Program-made: the position numbers and the translations under genes | Source of the DNA: Bdellovibrionales bacterium | GTDB lineage: Bacteria; Bdellovibrionota; Bdellovibrionia; Bdellovibrionales; UBA1609 | Assembly (NCBI GenBank): GCA_027317865.1 | Contig: DAHVQG010000001.1 | Span: 160,001 to 224,000, forward strand | DNA: 64,000 nt | Direction of reading: 5' to 3' | Notes under the pieces: model-generated | What the model was told of the DNA's origin: nothing | Seen by the model: only the letters and a program-made list of their open reading frames with translations | Database searches by the model: none | Part shown: positions 24,162 through 34,967 of the stretch, piece by piece | Numbering within the stretch: the first letter of the stretch is position 1 | Layout: each line of letters opens with the position of its first letter

Positions 24162-24821
24162 ATGAGCGAAAATGAATCAAAGACTATTGAACTAGATAGT
24201 CTCTACGCTTTCAAAGTGGGTATGTCTTCGTATTACAACGACAAAGGTGAAATGCAATCCGCCACTGTTTTGCGGTACGAACCAATGTTAGTTTCGCAAA
24301 TAAAATCCAAAGAAAAAGAGGGCTATGTAGCTGTTCAAGTTGCATTTTGCCCGAAACGCGCCAAACGCACGAGTAAATCTGAAAAAAACCATCTCAAAGG
24401 AACGGGCTTTGAAAACGGAGCTCATTTTGTTCGAGAACTTCGATTGAACATCCCCGAGGGCGTCGCTGTCGGTTCTCGTGTAAGCATTGAGAGTTTAAAA
24501 GTTGGCGATACGGTTAAAGTTACCGGAACATCAAAAGGCAAAGGCTTCATGGGAGTTATGCGCCGTTGGAACAATCAAGGCGGACCAGGGGCTCACGGTT
24601 CTGGCTTTCATCGTAGTCCTGGCTCAAGCGGTAACCGTACGTGGCCGGGTCGTGTGATGCCGGGCAAGAAATTTCCGGGCCATTTGGGGGATGAAACTGT
24701 AACGGTTAAAAATCTTTCGATTTTAGATGTTGTCCCTGAAGAAAACGTGATCATCGTTCGAGGGGCAGTGCCTGGGGCGGCGAATTCTCTAGTTCAACTG
24801 ACGAAGGTGAGTGGAGCATAA
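24162..24821 (+). CDS. rplC: 50S ribosomal protein L3
   Basis: SKGKGFMG, HRSPGS, GAVPG. Confidence 0.98.
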   Translation: MSENESKTIELDSLYAFKVGMSSYYNDKGEMQSATVLRYEPMLVSQIKSKEKEGYVAVQVAFCPKRAKRTSKSEKNHLKGTGFENGAHFVRELRLNIPEGVAVGSRVSIESLKVGDTVKVTGTSKGKGFMGVMRRWNNQGGPGAHGSGFHRSPGSSGNRTWPGRVMPGKKFPGHLGDETVTVKNLSILDVVPEENVIIVRGAVPGAANSLVQLTKVSGA

Positions 24822-24824
24822 TTT

Positions 24825-25487
24825 ATGGCTAAGGTAGACGTTGTTGATTGGGAAAATAAAAAGGTCGGCCAAGTCGATTTGTCATCTGAGATTTTTGAAC
24901 AGCCAGTGAAAAAGTCTGTGCTTCATTCTGTGATTAGGTGGCAGCTTGCTTCGCGGCGCCGCGGAACACACAAAGCAAAAACCCGCGGTGAAGTTAGTGG
25001 TGGCGGCAAAAAGCCATTTAAGCAAAAAGGAACGGGTTCAGCACGTCAAGGTTCGTCGCGGTCGCCGGTTCTTGTCGGCGGCGGCACGGTCTTTCCGCCG
25101 AAGCCAAGAGATTATTCATATGTTCTTCCCAAAAAATTGAAGCAAGAAGGTTTAAAATCGGCACTCTCTCATCTTTTTGCAAGCGGCCATCTCGTTGTGT
25201 TGAATGAAATGACGTCCACAGAGGGGCGAACAAAGGAATTGGCTGGTCGACTCAATAAATTAGGCCTGAAAAAAACAGTTTTGATTTCGGGCAAAGAAGA
25301 TAAATTGATGTCTCGAGCCGCTCGCAATATGCCAAAAGTTCGCTATTACACGGTCGCCGGGCTTAACGTTTATGATCTTCTAAAATACGACAGCGCGGTT
25401 TTGGCAAAAGACTCCTTGAGCGAGATTGCCGTTCGTTGCGGGCTTGATCATGCGAAAGCGTCTAAAGCTAAAGGTGGAGGTCAATAG
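24825..25487 (+). CDS. rplD: 50S ribosomal protein L4
   Basis: GGGKKPFKQKGTGSAR. Confidence 0.98.
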   Translation: MAKVDVVDWENKKVGQVDLSSEIFEQPVKKSVLHSVIRWQLASRRRGTHKAKTRGEVSGGGKKPFKQKGTGSARQGSSRSPVLVGGGTVFPPKPRDYSYVLPKKLKQEGLKSALSHLFASGHLVVLNEMTSTEGRTKELAGRLNKLGLKKTVLISGKEDKLMSRAARNMPKVRYYTVAGLNVYDLLKYDSAVLAKDSLSEIAVRCGLDHAKASKAKGGGQ

Positions 25488-25489
25488 GT

Positions 25490-25768
25490 ATGTATCAGAT
25501 TATCAAGCGGCCTCTTGTTTCGGAAAAAAACAGCGTTCTTACCGAACAAGGTATTTACGTATTTGAAGTTGATCGCGCGGCCAATAAGTACGAAGTCAAA
25601 AATGCCGTTGAAAAGCTTTTTCGAGTGAAAGTGCGATCGGTAAAAACATCGGTTTGCAGAGGCCGGGCGACGCGAAACAAATTAGGTTTCAGCTCGGTGA
25701 AGTACTGGAAAAAAGCAATGGTTCGTTTAGCGCCTGGCGAAAAGATCAGCCTATTTGAAGGAGCATAG
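25490..25768 (+). CDS. rplW: 50S ribosomal protein L23
   Basis: PLVSEK, WKKAMVRL. Confidence 0.97.
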   Translation: MYQIIKRPLVSEKNSVLTEQGIYVFEVDRAANKYEVKNAVEKLFRVKVRSVKTSVCRGRATRNKLGFSSVKYWKKAMVRLAPGEKISLFEGA

Positions 25769-25771
25769 TCG

Positions 25772-26602
25772 ATGGGAGTTAGAACATATCGGCCAGTAAC
25801 AGCGTCCCGGCGTGAAATGACTGGTTATGATTTTTCTGAAATTACGAAGTCGAGACCCGAAAAATCTCTAACGCGATCTCTGTCGCGTAAGGCGGCTCGT
25901 AACAATACGGGAGCCATAACGATTTGGCACAAGGGCGGTGGTCATAAACGGCGTTATCGTTTTATTGATTTTTTGCGAGATAAGACCGGTGTCCCAGCGA
26001 AGGTTGTAGCTATTGAGTACGATCCAAATCGGACTTGCCGAATCGCGCTTATTTCTTATGTCGATGGAGTAAAATCCTATATTTTGGCTCCGGTTGGGCT
26101 CAATGTCGGCGACACCGTGTTGTCGGGAGATTCAGCCGATATTAAGCCGGGTAACACAAAAAAACTGAGTTTGATTCCCGCAGGTACAACCGTACACAAT
26201 ATCGAGCTTCGTCCTGGTAAAGGTGCCCAGATTGCACGTGGTGCCGGTGCCGGTGCCGTTTTAATCGGTAGACTCGGCGAGTACAGTCAGGTGCGTTTGC
26301 CCTCTGGCGAAGTCCGCAAAGTTTTATCGGTTTGTCGAGCAACAATTGGTCAAGTTGGTAATACAGATCACGAAAATATTAGTTGGGGTAAAGCAGGCCG
26401 TCGCCGTTGGCGCGGTATCCGGCCGTCTGTTCGTGGTATGGCGATGAACCCAATCGATCACCCTCATGGTGGCGGTGAAGGCGTTGGTAAAGGACATCAT
26501 CCGGTCACGCCTTGGGGCAAACCATGCAAAGGCTTTAAAACTCGCAATAATAAACGCACAGATTCAATGATTGTTAGACGTAGAAATGTGAAAGGAATGT
26601 GA
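25772..26602 (+). CDS. rplB: 50S ribosomal protein L2
   Basis: [13 protein letters not shown]. Confidence 0.99.
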   Translation: MGVRTYRPVTASRREMTGYDFSEITKSRPEKSLTRSLSRKAARNNTGAITIWHKGGGHKRRYRFIDFLRDKTGVPAKVVAIEYDPNRTCRIALISYVDGVKSYILAPVGLNVGDTVLSGDSADIKPGNTKKLSLIPAGTTVHNIELRPGKGAQIARGAGAGAVLIGRLGEYSQVRLPSGEVRKVLSVCRATIGQVGNTDHENISWGKAGRRRWRGIRPSVRGMAMNPIDHPHGGGEGVGKGHHPVTPWGKPCKGFKTRNNKRTDSMIVRRRNVKGM

Positions 26603-26605
26603 GCT

Positions 26606-26902
26606 GTGGGTCGTTCGGTTAAAAAAGGTCCATTTTTGGATCATCACTTATTAAAGAAGATAAACGCAGCGGTTAAATCGGGCGATCGCAAGGTAATTAA
26701 AACCTGGTCGCGTCGTTCGGTTATTCTACCTGAAGCGGTTGGGCTGACGTTTGCGGTTCATAACGGCAAAAAATTCGTGCCGGTTTATGTGACGGAAAAC
26801 ATGATTGGCCACAAGCTCGGTGAATTTGCCCCGACACGTCAGTTTGGCGGTCACTCTGAACGTAAAGCTGAAGCGGCAGCTGCTCCCGCGAAAGGAGCCT
26901 AA
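26606..26902 (+). CDS. rpsS: 30S ribosomal protein S19
   Basis: [11 protein letters not shown]. Confidence 0.99.
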   Translation: MGRSVKKGPFLDHHLLKKINAAVKSGDRKVIKTWSRRSVILPEAVGLTFAVHNGKKFVPVYVTENMIGHKLGEFAPTRQFGGHSERKAEAAAAPAKGA

Positions 26903-26904
26903 CC

Positions 26905-27240
26905 GTGGAAGTTAAAGCAGATTTGAAATACGTGCGCGTAGGTTCGCAAAAAGCGCGAATTGTCGCTGACGCAATTCGCGGCAAAAATGTGAACGATGCA
27001 ATTCGGATTTTGGCTTTTATGCCAAAAAAGACCGCGGTGTTTATGAAAAAGCTTGTGGAGTCAGCCGTTGCAAACGCTGAGCAGAAAAAAGTCATCGATG
27101 TAGATAATTTATTTGTGAAAACCGTGCTTGTTGACGAAGGACCGGATTTGAAGCGATTTCGTCCTCGAGCTCAAGGGCGCGCCTTTACGGTGCGAAAAAA
27201 AACGAGTCACATATCACTCGTCTTGGATGAGAGAACATAG
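26905..27240 (+). CDS. rplV: 50S ribosomal protein L22
   Basis: SAVANAE, RPRAQGRA. Confidence 0.98.
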   Translation: MEVKADLKYVRVGSQKARIVADAIRGKNVNDAIRILAFMPKKTAVFMKKLVESAVANAEQKKVIDVDNLFVKTVLVDEGPDLKRFRPRAQGRAFTVRKKTSHISLVLDERT

Positions 27241-27261
27241 ACACGAAAGGTTAGGTGGAGT

Positions 27262-27936
27262 TTGGGTCAAAAGGTCAATCCGATCGGTTTACGAGTAGGA
27301 GTCATTCGCACTTGGGACTCGCGATGGTTCGCCAAAGGCGCACAATATGCCGAAAATTTGCACGAAGACTTTAAATTACGAAAGTACATAAAAGATAAAT
27401 TGAAGCACGCCGGTGTTGCAAAAATCGAAATGGAGCGCGCGGCAAAAAAGCTTAAAGTCATTATTTCAACTGCCCGTCCTGGTGTTGTCATTGGTAAAAA
27501 AGGTACTGGAATCGATGCGTTGAAGGCCGACATCCAGAAACTCACGCCGAGCGAAGTTTTCGTGAATATTCAAGAGGTGCGTAAGCCTGATTTAGACGCG
27601 CAATTGGTTTCGGAAAGCATTGCACTGAAACTTGAGAAGCGCGTTTCGTGGCGAAAAGCGATCAAGATGGCGATGGCCGCATCGCTTCGAAGTGGTGTGC
27701 GTGGAATCAAAGTCATGGTGGCTGGCCGTTTAGATGGCGCCGAGATTGCGCGTACTGAATGGTACAACGAAAAGAGCGTTCCACTTCATACTTTGCGCGC
27801 CGATATCGACTACGGAACAGCAGAAGCGCTTACGACATATGGTTTGATCGGCGTAAAAGTTTGGATCTATCGCGGCGATATTATGTCGGCTAAAGAAGTT
27901 CAGGAGGCCAATCGTGTTAAGTCCAAAGAAGGTTAA
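27262..27936 (+). CDS. rpsC: 30S ribosomal protein S3
   Basis: [24 protein letters not shown] start. Confidence 0.99.
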   Translation: MGQKVNPIGLRVGVIRTWDSRWFAKGAQYAENLHEDFKLRKYIKDKLKHAGVAKIEMERAAKKLKVIISTARPGVVIGKKGTGIDALKADIQKLTPSEVFVNIQEVRKPDLDAQLVSESIALKLEKRVSWRKAIKMAMAASLRSGVRGIKVMVAGRLDGAEIARTEWYNEKSVPLHTLRADIDYGTAEALTTYGLIGVKVWIYRGDIMSAKEVQEANRVKSKEG

Positions 27937-28321
27937 ATGGCGTCGTCAACATCGCGATGGCTTCAAGGGTGTTGCCTATCGCGGTAGCACAATATCATTT
28001 GGAGATTACGCGCTAGCGGCGATGGCTCCAGGTCGCGTGACCGCACGCCAGTTAGAAGCGAGCCGGATTGCGATTAGCCGTTCGGTAAAGCGCGGCGGAC
28101 AATTGTGGATGCGAGTATATCCGGATCGTCCCATCACCAAAAAGCCCGCCGAAGTTCGGATGGGTAGCGGAAAGGGTGCGCCTGAACTTTGGGTTGCTAA
28201 TGTTTTACCGGGACGTATTTTGTTTGAAATTAACGGAGTGACTCGGCAGCAAGCCGAAGATGCGTTTCGTCTTGCGCAACACAAATTGCCGATTCGAACT
28301 AAATTTTTAAGTCGCGAATGA
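27914..28321 (+). CDS. rplP: 50S ribosomal protein L16
   Basis: RMGSGKG; overlaps rpsC by 23 nt. Confidence 0.98.
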   Translation: MLSPKKVKWRRQHRDGFKGVAYRGSTISFGDYALAAMAPGRVTARQLEASRIAISRSVKRGGQLWMRVYPDRPITKKPAEVRMGSGKGAPELWVANVLPGRILFEINGVTRQQAEDAFRLAQHKLPIRTKFLSRE

Positions 28322-28331
28322 GAGAGTAATT

Positions 28332-28523
28332 ATGGAGTACAAAGACATACAAGATCTGACTGTTGAAGAATTACGTAAGCGCCGTCAGACAATGAGCGAA
28401 GAATTATTTCAATCCAAGATGAAACTGACGCTCGGTCAGCTCGGCAATCCGCTTTCGGTGCGAGCGCTTCGTCGAGATTTGGCGCGTATTAACACTCTTC
28501 TGTCAGCAAAACTGTCGAGATAA
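28332..28523 (+). CDS. rpmC: 50S ribosomal protein L29
   Basis: RRDLARINT; synteny. Confidence 0.95.
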   Translation: MEYKDIQDLTVEELRKRRQTMSEELFQSKMKLTLGQLGNPLSVRALRRDLARINTLLSAKLSR

Positions 28524-28534
28524 TTGAGGTAATT

Positions 28535-28843
28535 ATGTCAAATTCAGAGAAAAAAACTGCGACGAACACTTCAAGAAAAAAACGAAACGAAGTTGTTGGC
28601 GTTGTAGTCAGCGATAAAATGGCCAAAACAATTTCAGTGCAAGTTTTTTCGCTCGTGAAACATTCTCGTTATGGCAAATATATTCGCAAGTCGTCCGTCT
28701 TTAAGGCGCACGACGAAAAAAACGAGGCGAAGCAGGGTGATTTAGTTCGCATTCATGAAACGCGTCCATTAAGCAAAACTAAACGTTGGACATTAGCTGA
28801 AGTTGTTGAAAAATCCAAACAGGTCGCGGGAGTTGAAGTATGA
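28535..28843 (+). CDS. rpsQ: 30S ribosomal protein S17
   Basis: [19 protein letters not shown]. Confidence 0.98.
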   Translation: MSNSEKKTATNTSRKKRNEVVGVVVSDKMAKTISVQVFSLVKHSRYGKYIRKSSVFKAHDEKNEAKQGDLVRIHETRPLSKTKRWTLAEVVEKSKQVAGVEV

Positions 28844-29208
28844 TTCAGATGCAAACGCGATTGAAGGTCGCCGATAATTCAGGCGCTCGCGAAGTCCAGT
28901 GCTTGAAAGTCCTCGGCGGTAGTAAGCGCCGATATGCTCAGATTGGCGACATTATTGTCGTGTCCGTGAAAGACGCGATGCCTAATTCTAAAGTGAAAAA
29001 AGGTGATGTTGCGAAAGCGGTCATCGTAAGAACAACACAGAAACTACGCCGGGCTGATGGCAGCTATTTGCGGTTTGACGACAATTCGGCGGTTCTTATC
29101 AACGCAGCCCTTGAGCCAGTTGGCACTCGGATATTTGGTCCCGTGGCTAGAGAGTTGCGCGCAAAGAAGTTTGTGAAAATTATATCGTTGGCTCCAGAAG
29201 TTTTGTGA
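28840..29208 (+). CDS. rplN: 50S ribosomal protein L14
   Basis: [18 protein letters not shown]. Confidence 0.99.
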   Translation: MIQMQTRLKVADNSGAREVQCLKVLGGSKRRYAQIGDIIVVSVKDAMPNSKVKKGDVAKAVIVRTTQKLRRADGSYLRFDDNSAVLINAALEPVGTRIFGPVARELRAKKFVKIISLAPEVL

Positions 29209-29230
29209 TGAGCCAAGCGGGAGAAATGCA

Positions 29231-29770
29231 GTGAGCGCATTATTTGATAAATATAAAAATGAAGTCGTGCCCCAGTTGAAAAAGCAACTGAATGCAGCAA
29301 ATGTTCACCAGGTGCCAAGGCTTGAAAAGGTCGTTTTAAGCGTATCCACAGGTGAAGTGGTTAAGAATCCAAAAATCGTGAATAACATAGTGGATGAGCT
29401 GACCGCCATCGCCGGGCAAAAGGCGCTGATAACACGCGCCAAAAAAGCCATTTCAAATTTCAAATTGCGCGAAGGAATTCCGTTGGGTGCCACGGTAACT
29501 CTACGCCGTGAACGAGCCTGGGTTTTTCTTGAGAAACTCATCCATTTTAGTTTGCCTCGCGTTCGCGATTTTCGCGGTCTTTCGCCAAAAGGGTTTGATG
29601 GACGCGGCAACTACAATATGGGCGTAAAAGAGCAAATTATTTTCCCTGAGGTTGAGTACGAAAAAGTGGACATGATGCGCGGTATGAACATTACCATTTG
29701 CACTTCTGGTAAAACTGACGAGCAAGGTCGTGCGCTTCTTGAAGCGCTGGGCATGCCATTCCGGAAATAA
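29231..29770 (+). CDS. rplE: 50S ribosomal protein L5
   Basis: LPRVRDFRG, FDGRGNY. Confidence 0.98.
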   Translation: MSALFDKYKNEVVPQLKKQLNAANVHQVPRLEKVVLSVSTGEVVKNPKIVNNIVDELTAIAGQKALITRAKKAISNFKLREGIPLGATVTLRRERAWVFLEKLIHFSLPRVRDFRGLSPKGFDGRGNYNMGVKEQIIFPEVEYEKVDMMRGMNITICTSGKTDEQGRALLEALGMPFRK

Positions 29771-29786
29771 AAGGAGTTACTGAGAA

Positions 29787-30176
29787 ATGGATACAGTTGC
29801 TGAGTTTTTGACAAGAATACGCAATGCGGGACTGGCAAAACACGAAAAAGTCGATGTGCCGTCCTCGAACATGCGTGTTGGTATAGCGTCAATCTTGCAG
29901 AAGAATGGTTACATTCGGAGTTTCAAAATCGCTCGCGATGGCAAGCAAGGCATGATGCGCGTCTATTTGCGCTATAACCCCAAAGGTGACCCGATTATCC
30001 GCAAAATTGTACGCGAAAGCACGCCCGGGTTGCGAAAATATTTGGCGGCAAAAGCGATTCCGAATGTGCGTCATGGTTATGGAGTGGCCGTACTGAGCAC
30101 CAGCAAGGGCATCATGACTGGCGAAGAAGCAAAAGAACAAAAATTGGGTGGCGAATTACTATTTCGAATTTGGTAG
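29787..30176 (+). CDS. rpsH: 30S ribosomal protein S8
   Basis: LTRIRNA, STSKG, GGELL. Confidence 0.98.
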   Translation: MDTVAEFLTRIRNAGLAKHEKVDVPSSNMRVGIASILQKNGYIRSFKIARDGKQGMMRVYLRYNPKGDPIIRKIVRESTPGLRKYLAAKAIPNVRHGYGVAVLSTSKGIMTGEEAKEQKLGGELLFRIW

Positions 30177-30182
30177 GTGTAT

Positions 30183-30719
30183 ATGTCACGAGTCGGAAAA
30201 TCTCCAGTCTATTTGCAAAAGGGTGTTCAAGTTACGTTGACGCCGCAAAAGAGTCTTCAGGTAAAAGGCGCAAAGCATACGCTTGTGGTGCCGCTTGAGA
30301 AGAAAATATCGGCTAAAATTGAAGAGGGCCAAGTGACCCTGCTTTGTGCCGATGGCGAAAGCGCAAAGTATCACGGGTTGGCGCGAGCGCTTTTGCAAAA
30401 TGCGGTGACGGGAGTTGCCAAAGGTTGGTCAAAAGAACTTGAATTGAACGGCGTTGGTTACCGTGCCGCTGTTTCAGGGAAGAAGCTAGAACTGAATCTT
30501 GGTTTTAGTCATGTGATCAATTTTGCTATTCCTGAGGGGATTGAGATTAAAGTTGAAAAACAAACTAAAATTTTGATTACGGGGGCTGATCGGTCCCAAG
30601 TCGGTCAAGTTGCGGCACAAATTCGCAGCTACCGTCCGCCCGAACCGTATTTGGCAAAGGGCATTAAATATGCGGATGAGCGAATTCGTCGTAAAGCGGG
30701 CAAAGCGGCTGGTAAGTGA
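30183..30719 (+). CDS. rplF: 50S ribosomal protein L6
   Basis: MSRVGK, GVGYRA, RPPEPY. Confidence 0.98.
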   Translation: MSRVGKSPVYLQKGVQVTLTPQKSLQVKGAKHTLVVPLEKKISAKIEEGQVTLLCADGESAKYHGLARALLQNAVTGVAKGWSKELELNGVGYRAAVSGKKLELNLGFSHVINFAIPEGIEIKVEKQTKILITGADRSQVGQVAAQIRSYRPPEPYLAKGIKYADERIRRKAGKAAGK

Positions 30720-30767
30720 CGGATTGTGCGTTAAACGCCGGGTAATAGTTTAAGAGCGAGGTTTAAA

Positions 30768-31139
30768 GTGAGATTAGAATATCGAAATCAATCGGCTAAA
30801 AAGATGAAGTCGCGCGTAAAAAAACACGTACGAATTCGTAAAAAAGTATTCGGCACGCCTGAACGGCCGCGCCTAAGTGTTTTTCGAAGCGCTAATCATA
30901 TCTATGCACAAATTGTCGACGACGCTAATGGTAAAACGCTTGTTGCTATGTCGACCGTTTCGGCAAAGTCCATGAATGGCAAACCAAAAGATGCAGCCTC
31001 ACATATCGGCGCGGAAATTGCGAAACTTGCCCAACAAAAGAAAATTTCAACTGTTGTATTTGATCGTGGCGGGTACTTGTACCATGGCCGAGTTAAAGCC
31101 TTGGCTGATGCGGCTCGAGAAGCGGGACTTAAATTTTAA
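30768..31139 (+). CDS. rplR: 50S ribosomal protein L18
   Basis: [21 protein letters not shown]. Confidence 0.98.
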   Translation: MRLEYRNQSAKKMKSRVKKHVRIRKKVFGTPERPRLSVFRSANHIYAQIVDDANGKTLVAMSTVSAKSMNGKPKDAASHIGAEIAKLAQQKKISTVVFDRGGYLYHGRVKALADAAREAGLKF

Positions 31140-31166
31140 TTTCGTTATTTGATAGGAGAATTGAAA

Positions 31167-31673
31167 GTGGAGAGATCAGATAGAGGAGATCGACAAGATC
31201 GACAAGATCATGGGAGCGATTCAGAATTTCATGAGCGCGTCGTCTCGATTACTCGGGTTGCAAAAGTCGTTAAAGGCGGTCGACGATTTTCGTTTGCCGC
31301 GTTAGTCGTCGCGGGCAACGGTCGCGGTCAGGTTGGCATAGGCAAAGGTAAAGCCGGGGAAGTTCCAGAGGCGATTACAAAAGCTAGCCGTTCAGCAAAA
31401 AAGCAATTGCACACCATTCGACTTCATGAAAATCGAACTATTCCTCATGAGGTTGAAGGGCGTTTTGGCGCGACAACGGTGCTGTTGATGCCTGCAGCTC
31501 CAGGTACAGGAGTTATCGCCGGCGGTGCCATTCGTGCTGTTTTAGAATCGCTCGGGGTGAAAGATATTTTAACCAAATGCGTAGGGCCGACGAATCCGCG
31601 AAATGCGGTTCGTGCTACTCTTGCCGGTCTTGAGCAGATCATGGAGGGTCGCCCATCGCGGCTAGAGGTGTAA
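31167..31673 (+). CDS. rpsE: 30S ribosomal protein S5
   Basis: [20 protein letters not shown]; start uncertain (31149, 31161 or 31167). Confidence 0.97.
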   Translation: MERSDRGDRQDRQDHGSDSEFHERVVSITRVAKVVKGGRRFSFAALVVAGNGRGQVGIGKGKAGEVPEAITKASRSAKKQLHTIRLHENRTIPHEVEGRFGATTVLLMPAAPGTGVIAGGAIRAVLESLGVKDILTKCVGPTNPRNAVRATLAGLEQIMEGRPSRLEV

Positions 31674-31674
31674 T

Positions 31675-31860
31675 ATGGCTAAATCTTTTCGCGTAAAGTT
31701 AGTTAAAGGCCTAAGAGGTTGTAACCAAAGTCAACGGGACGCAGTTCGCTGCCTTGGTTTGCGTCGCCGAAATGCGGAGACGATTGTACAAGATAACCCG
31801 GCTAACCGTGGCCAGATCTACAAAGTACAACATTTAGTGCAAGTGACGATTGAGAAATAG
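31675..31860 (+). CDS. rpmD: 50S ribosomal protein L30
   Basis: LGLRR, KVQHLV; synteny. Confidence 0.93.
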   Translation: MAKSFRVKLVKGLRGCNQSQRDAVRCLGLRRRNAETIVQDNPANRGQIYKVQHLVQVTIEK

Positions 31861-31870
31861 CAGGTGATTT

Positions 31871-32311
31871 ATGAATATTCTTTCAACATTACGGCCTAAA
31901 AAAGGCTCAACCCATAATACGAAACGTTTGGGCCGCGGACGAGGTTCAGGCAAAGGCGGCACATCTGGCAAAGGTGACAAGGGTCAAAAGGCCAGAAAAA
32001 GCGGCAACATTCGTCGCGGATTTGAAGGCGGCCAAATGCCGGTGCATCGCCGGTCCCCTAAATTTGGATTTAAAAATACTTTATTCACAACCCGTTATGA
32101 AGTGGTGAATCTTGGCCAACTTGAAAAAATGAGCGGCGAAGTAACACCTGAGTCACTTAAAGCGGCGGGTTTGATCAAGTACGGGCCGGTTAAAATTCTT
32201 GGTCAAGGAACACTAACAAAAAATTTAACGGTAAAAGTTCATAAATTCAGCGAATCCGCCAAAAACGCGATTGAAAAGGCAGGCGGAAAGGTTGAGGTCA
32301 TCCAGTTGTGA
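31871..32311 (+). CDS. rplO: 50S ribosomal protein L15
   Basis: GFEGGQMP, IEKAGG. Confidence 0.98.
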   Translation: MNILSTLRPKKGSTHNTKRLGRGRGSGKGGTSGKGDKGQKARKSGNIRRGFEGGQMPVHRRSPKFGFKNTLFTTRYEVVNLGQLEKMSGEVTPESLKAAGLIKYGPVKILGQGTLTKNLTVKVHKFSESAKNAIEKAGGKVEVIQL

Positions 32312-33630
32312 AGCAGCCGCAATTGACGATTCCACCTGAGCTTAGAAAACGAATTTTATTTACTATTTTTATGCTCATAATTTATCGCCTAGGGGTCGCA
32401 GTGCCGACTCCCGGGGTGAACAGTACTGCGGTATTCGATTTTTTTAAGCAAAACAGCGGCAGTCTTTTCGGCTTATTCAACACGTTTACTGGTGGAGCGC
32501 TATCGAGATTTAGTATTTTCGCACTCGGCATCATGCCCTACATCTCGGCGGCTATTATATTTGAACTTTTGCAAACAGCGGTGCCGCAACTTGAACAGCT
32601 AAGAAAAGAAGGCGAACAGGGGCGAAAAAAGATTACGCAGTACACGCGTTACGCAACTGTTTTATTGGCGATCGTGCAAGGTTACGCGATGGCATCATGG
32701 CTTTTGCGAAGCCCCACCTCTGGGCAGCCTATTATTTCGATGCCCTATTTTGGAGTCCATTTTCTATCGTTTCACGTGATGACCATTATCACGCTTACCG
32801 CCGGTACAACATTTCTCATGTGGGTTGGCGAACAGATCGATGATCGTGGAGTGGGTAACGGCGCGAGCCTCATCATTTTTGCGGGTATTGCCGCCGGTAT
32901 TCCTGGTGGAACGATGCGCTTTTGGAAGATGGTCTCGTCCGGCGAGATGAGTTTATTGATCGCTCTCTTGCTACTAGTGGGCATGGTCGCCGTCATTGCC
33001 GTGATTGTTTTTCTAGAAGTTGGCCAGAGACGGCTGCCGATTCAATACTCCCAGCGCGGACCGGGGCGAATGGCAATGCAAACTCCGTCGAGTTTTTTGC
33101 CACTTAAAATTAACTTTGCAAACGTGATCCCGCCGATTTTTGCGTCATCATTACTTTTGTTCCCAGCAACAATGGCGCAGTTTATTCACGCATCTTGGAT
33201 GCAAAATTTAAAAAATTCGATAACGCCGACCGGTGGCATTTACAATATTATTTACGTCATTTTGATCGTGTTCTTTTGCTATTTTTATACGGAAATCGCA
33301 TTTAACCCAACTGAAGTTTCTGACAATTTAAAAAAATGGGGTGGTTTTATTCCGGGTATCCGTGCGGGCCGTAGTACGACCGAATATATCGTTACGGTTT
33401 TGAATCGCTTGACCACGGCCGGGGCGATTTATTTAAGCGCAGTTTGCGTTTTGCCGATTATGCTTTTTCAATATGTACACGTACCGTTCTACTTTGGCGG
33501 CACAACACTACTCATTCTTGTCGGCGTGGCCCTTGATACCAGTCAGCAAATTCAATCGCATATGATTACGGCACGGTACGAAAACGTAATGAAGGGTGTT
33601 AAATTTCGTAGCAGGAGGATTCAATATTGA
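32308..33630 (+). CDS. secY: Preprotein translocase subunit SecY
   Basis: LGIMPYISA, GVGNGASL, FIPGIRAG, GGTTLLI. Confidence 0.98.
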   Translation: MKQPQLTIPPELRKRILFTIFMLIIYRLGVAVPTPGVNSTAVFDFFKQNSGSLFGLFNTFTGGALSRFSIFALGIMPYISAAIIFELLQTAVPQLEQLRKEGEQGRKKITQYTRYATVLLAIVQGYAMASWLLRSPTSGQPIISMPYFGVHFLSFHVMTIITLTAGTTFLMWVGEQIDDRGVGNGASLIIFAGIAAGIPGGTMRFWKMVSSGEMSLLIALLLLVGMVAVIAVIVFLEVGQRRLPIQYSQRGPGRMAMQTPSSFLPLKINFANVIPPIFASSLLLFPATMAQFIHASWMQNLKNSITPTGGIYNIIYVILIVFFCYFYTEIAFNPTEVSDNLKKWGGFIPGIRAGRSTTEYIVTVLNRLTTAGAIYLSAVCVLPIMLFQYVHVPFYFGGTTLLILVGVALDTSQQIQSHMITARYENVMKGVKFRSRRIQY

Positions 33631-34271
33631 ACATCCTGTTATTTGGACCTCCCGGAGCTGGTAAGGGAACTCAGTCAAGTTTGCTTGTTGAACGTAAAAA
33701 AATGAGTCACATCAGCACCGGAGATTTATTTCGCTCGGCCATTAAAAATGCCACTCCATTAGGTAAAGAGGCCAAGGGTTATTTAGATGCAGGTAAACTT
33801 GTTCCTGACGCTGTTACTATCGGAATGGTGCAAGAGGCGTTGAAGAATCTAAAGGGACAATCTTTCATACTTGATGGATTTCCACGTAATTTGTCGCAGG
33901 CAGATGCTTTAGAAACCTTACTTCGCGAACACCATTTACGTTTGGATAGAGCTGTATTTCTTGAGGTCGCCACCGACGAACTTGTGGCTCGGCTCTCTGG
34001 TCGGCGCACATGTCGCTCCTGTGGGGCAACGTACCACGTGACGGGCAAACCGTTAAAGGACGGGGTTCATTGTGATGTTTGTGGTAGCCAGGAGATTTAT
34101 CAGCGGCCGGATGACCAACCAGGCGCAATTCGCACGCGTTTGGAGGTGTATGAAGCATCGACGAAACCGCTCAAAGATTATTATGAAAAAACTGGCCAGC
34201 TGCGATTGGTAAATGGATCAGGAGATTTGGAAGCAATATATAAGCGAATTGAAAAAGCGTTGGAGGCGTAG
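33627..34271 (+). CDS. adk: Adenylate kinase (Zn-lid type)
   Basis: GPPGAGKGTQ, LDGFPR, CRSC...CDVC lid. Confidence 0.97.
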   Translation: MNILLFGPPGAGKGTQSSLLVERKKMSHISTGDLFRSAIKNATPLGKEAKGYLDAGKLVPDAVTIGMVQEALKNLKGQSFILDGFPRNLSQADALETLLREHHLRLDRAVFLEVATDELVARLSGRRTCRSCGATYHVTGKPLKDGVHCDVCGSQEIYQRPDDQPGAIRTRLEVYEASTKPLKDYYEKTGQLRLVNGSGDLEAIYKRIEKALEA

Positions 34272-34409
34272 AGCTGATTTCCGTATTCAGCCTAAAAAAG
34301 CTGGACGACTAATTGGCCGAGGTGTTAATGTCGGCGGTCCCGATTTTGCATTGTATTGAGTTAGAGCGCGCGGATTAAAACGACTGTTGGTTTTCGCGCG
34401 GAGGTAAAC

Positions 34410-34523
34410 ATGAAAGTCAGAGCATCAGTTAAACGGATTTGCGTTAAATGCAAAGTTATCAAAAGGCGCGGTGTCGTGCGTGTGATTTGTGAAAATCCCA
34501 AGCATAAGCAGCGTCAAGGTTAA
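34410..34523 (+). CDS. rpmJ: 50S ribosomal protein L36 (not in the ORF track)
   Basis: Hand-translated [46 protein letters not shown]. Confidence 0.98.
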   Translation: MKVRASVKRICVKCKVIKRRGVVRVICENPKHKQRQG

Positions 34524-34540
34524 TTAATTCGAGGAGTAAA

Positions 34541-34921
34541 ATGGCACGTATAGCAGGCGTCGATTTGCCACGAAATAAACGAATGGAAGTTGCATTGACC
34601 TATATCTATGGCATCGGCCGTCCGCGCGCTCGCAAAGTTTGTGAAGCGGCCGGCATTGATACTGATTTGCGCAGCGACAACCTAACTGATGAGCAGATCG
34701 TAAAAATTCGAGCCGCCATCGATGCCGGCGGTAAAATCGAAGGCGATCTCAAACGTGAAGTCTCTATGAACATCAAGCGTCTCATCGATCTTGGTTGTTA
34801 CCGAGGATTGCGCCATAAAAAGGGACTTCCGGTACGCGGTCAAAGAACCCGGTCAAATGCGAGAACGCGCAAAGGTCCGAGAAAAACAGTGGCTAACAAA
34901 AAAATGGCAGTTAGCGGTTAA
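34541..34921 (+). CDS. rpsM: 30S ribosomal protein S13
   Basis: [16 protein letters not shown]. Confidence 0.99.
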   Translation: MARIAGVDLPRNKRMEVALTYIYGIGRPRARKVCEAAGIDTDLRSDNLTDEQIVKIRAAIDAGGKIEGDLKREVSMNIKRLIDLGCYRGLRHKKGLPVRGQRTRSNARTRKGPRKTVANKKMAVSG

Positions 34922-34967
34922 TTGAAAATTTATATTGTAACAAAAGGTATCAAAATAAGGTGTGAGA

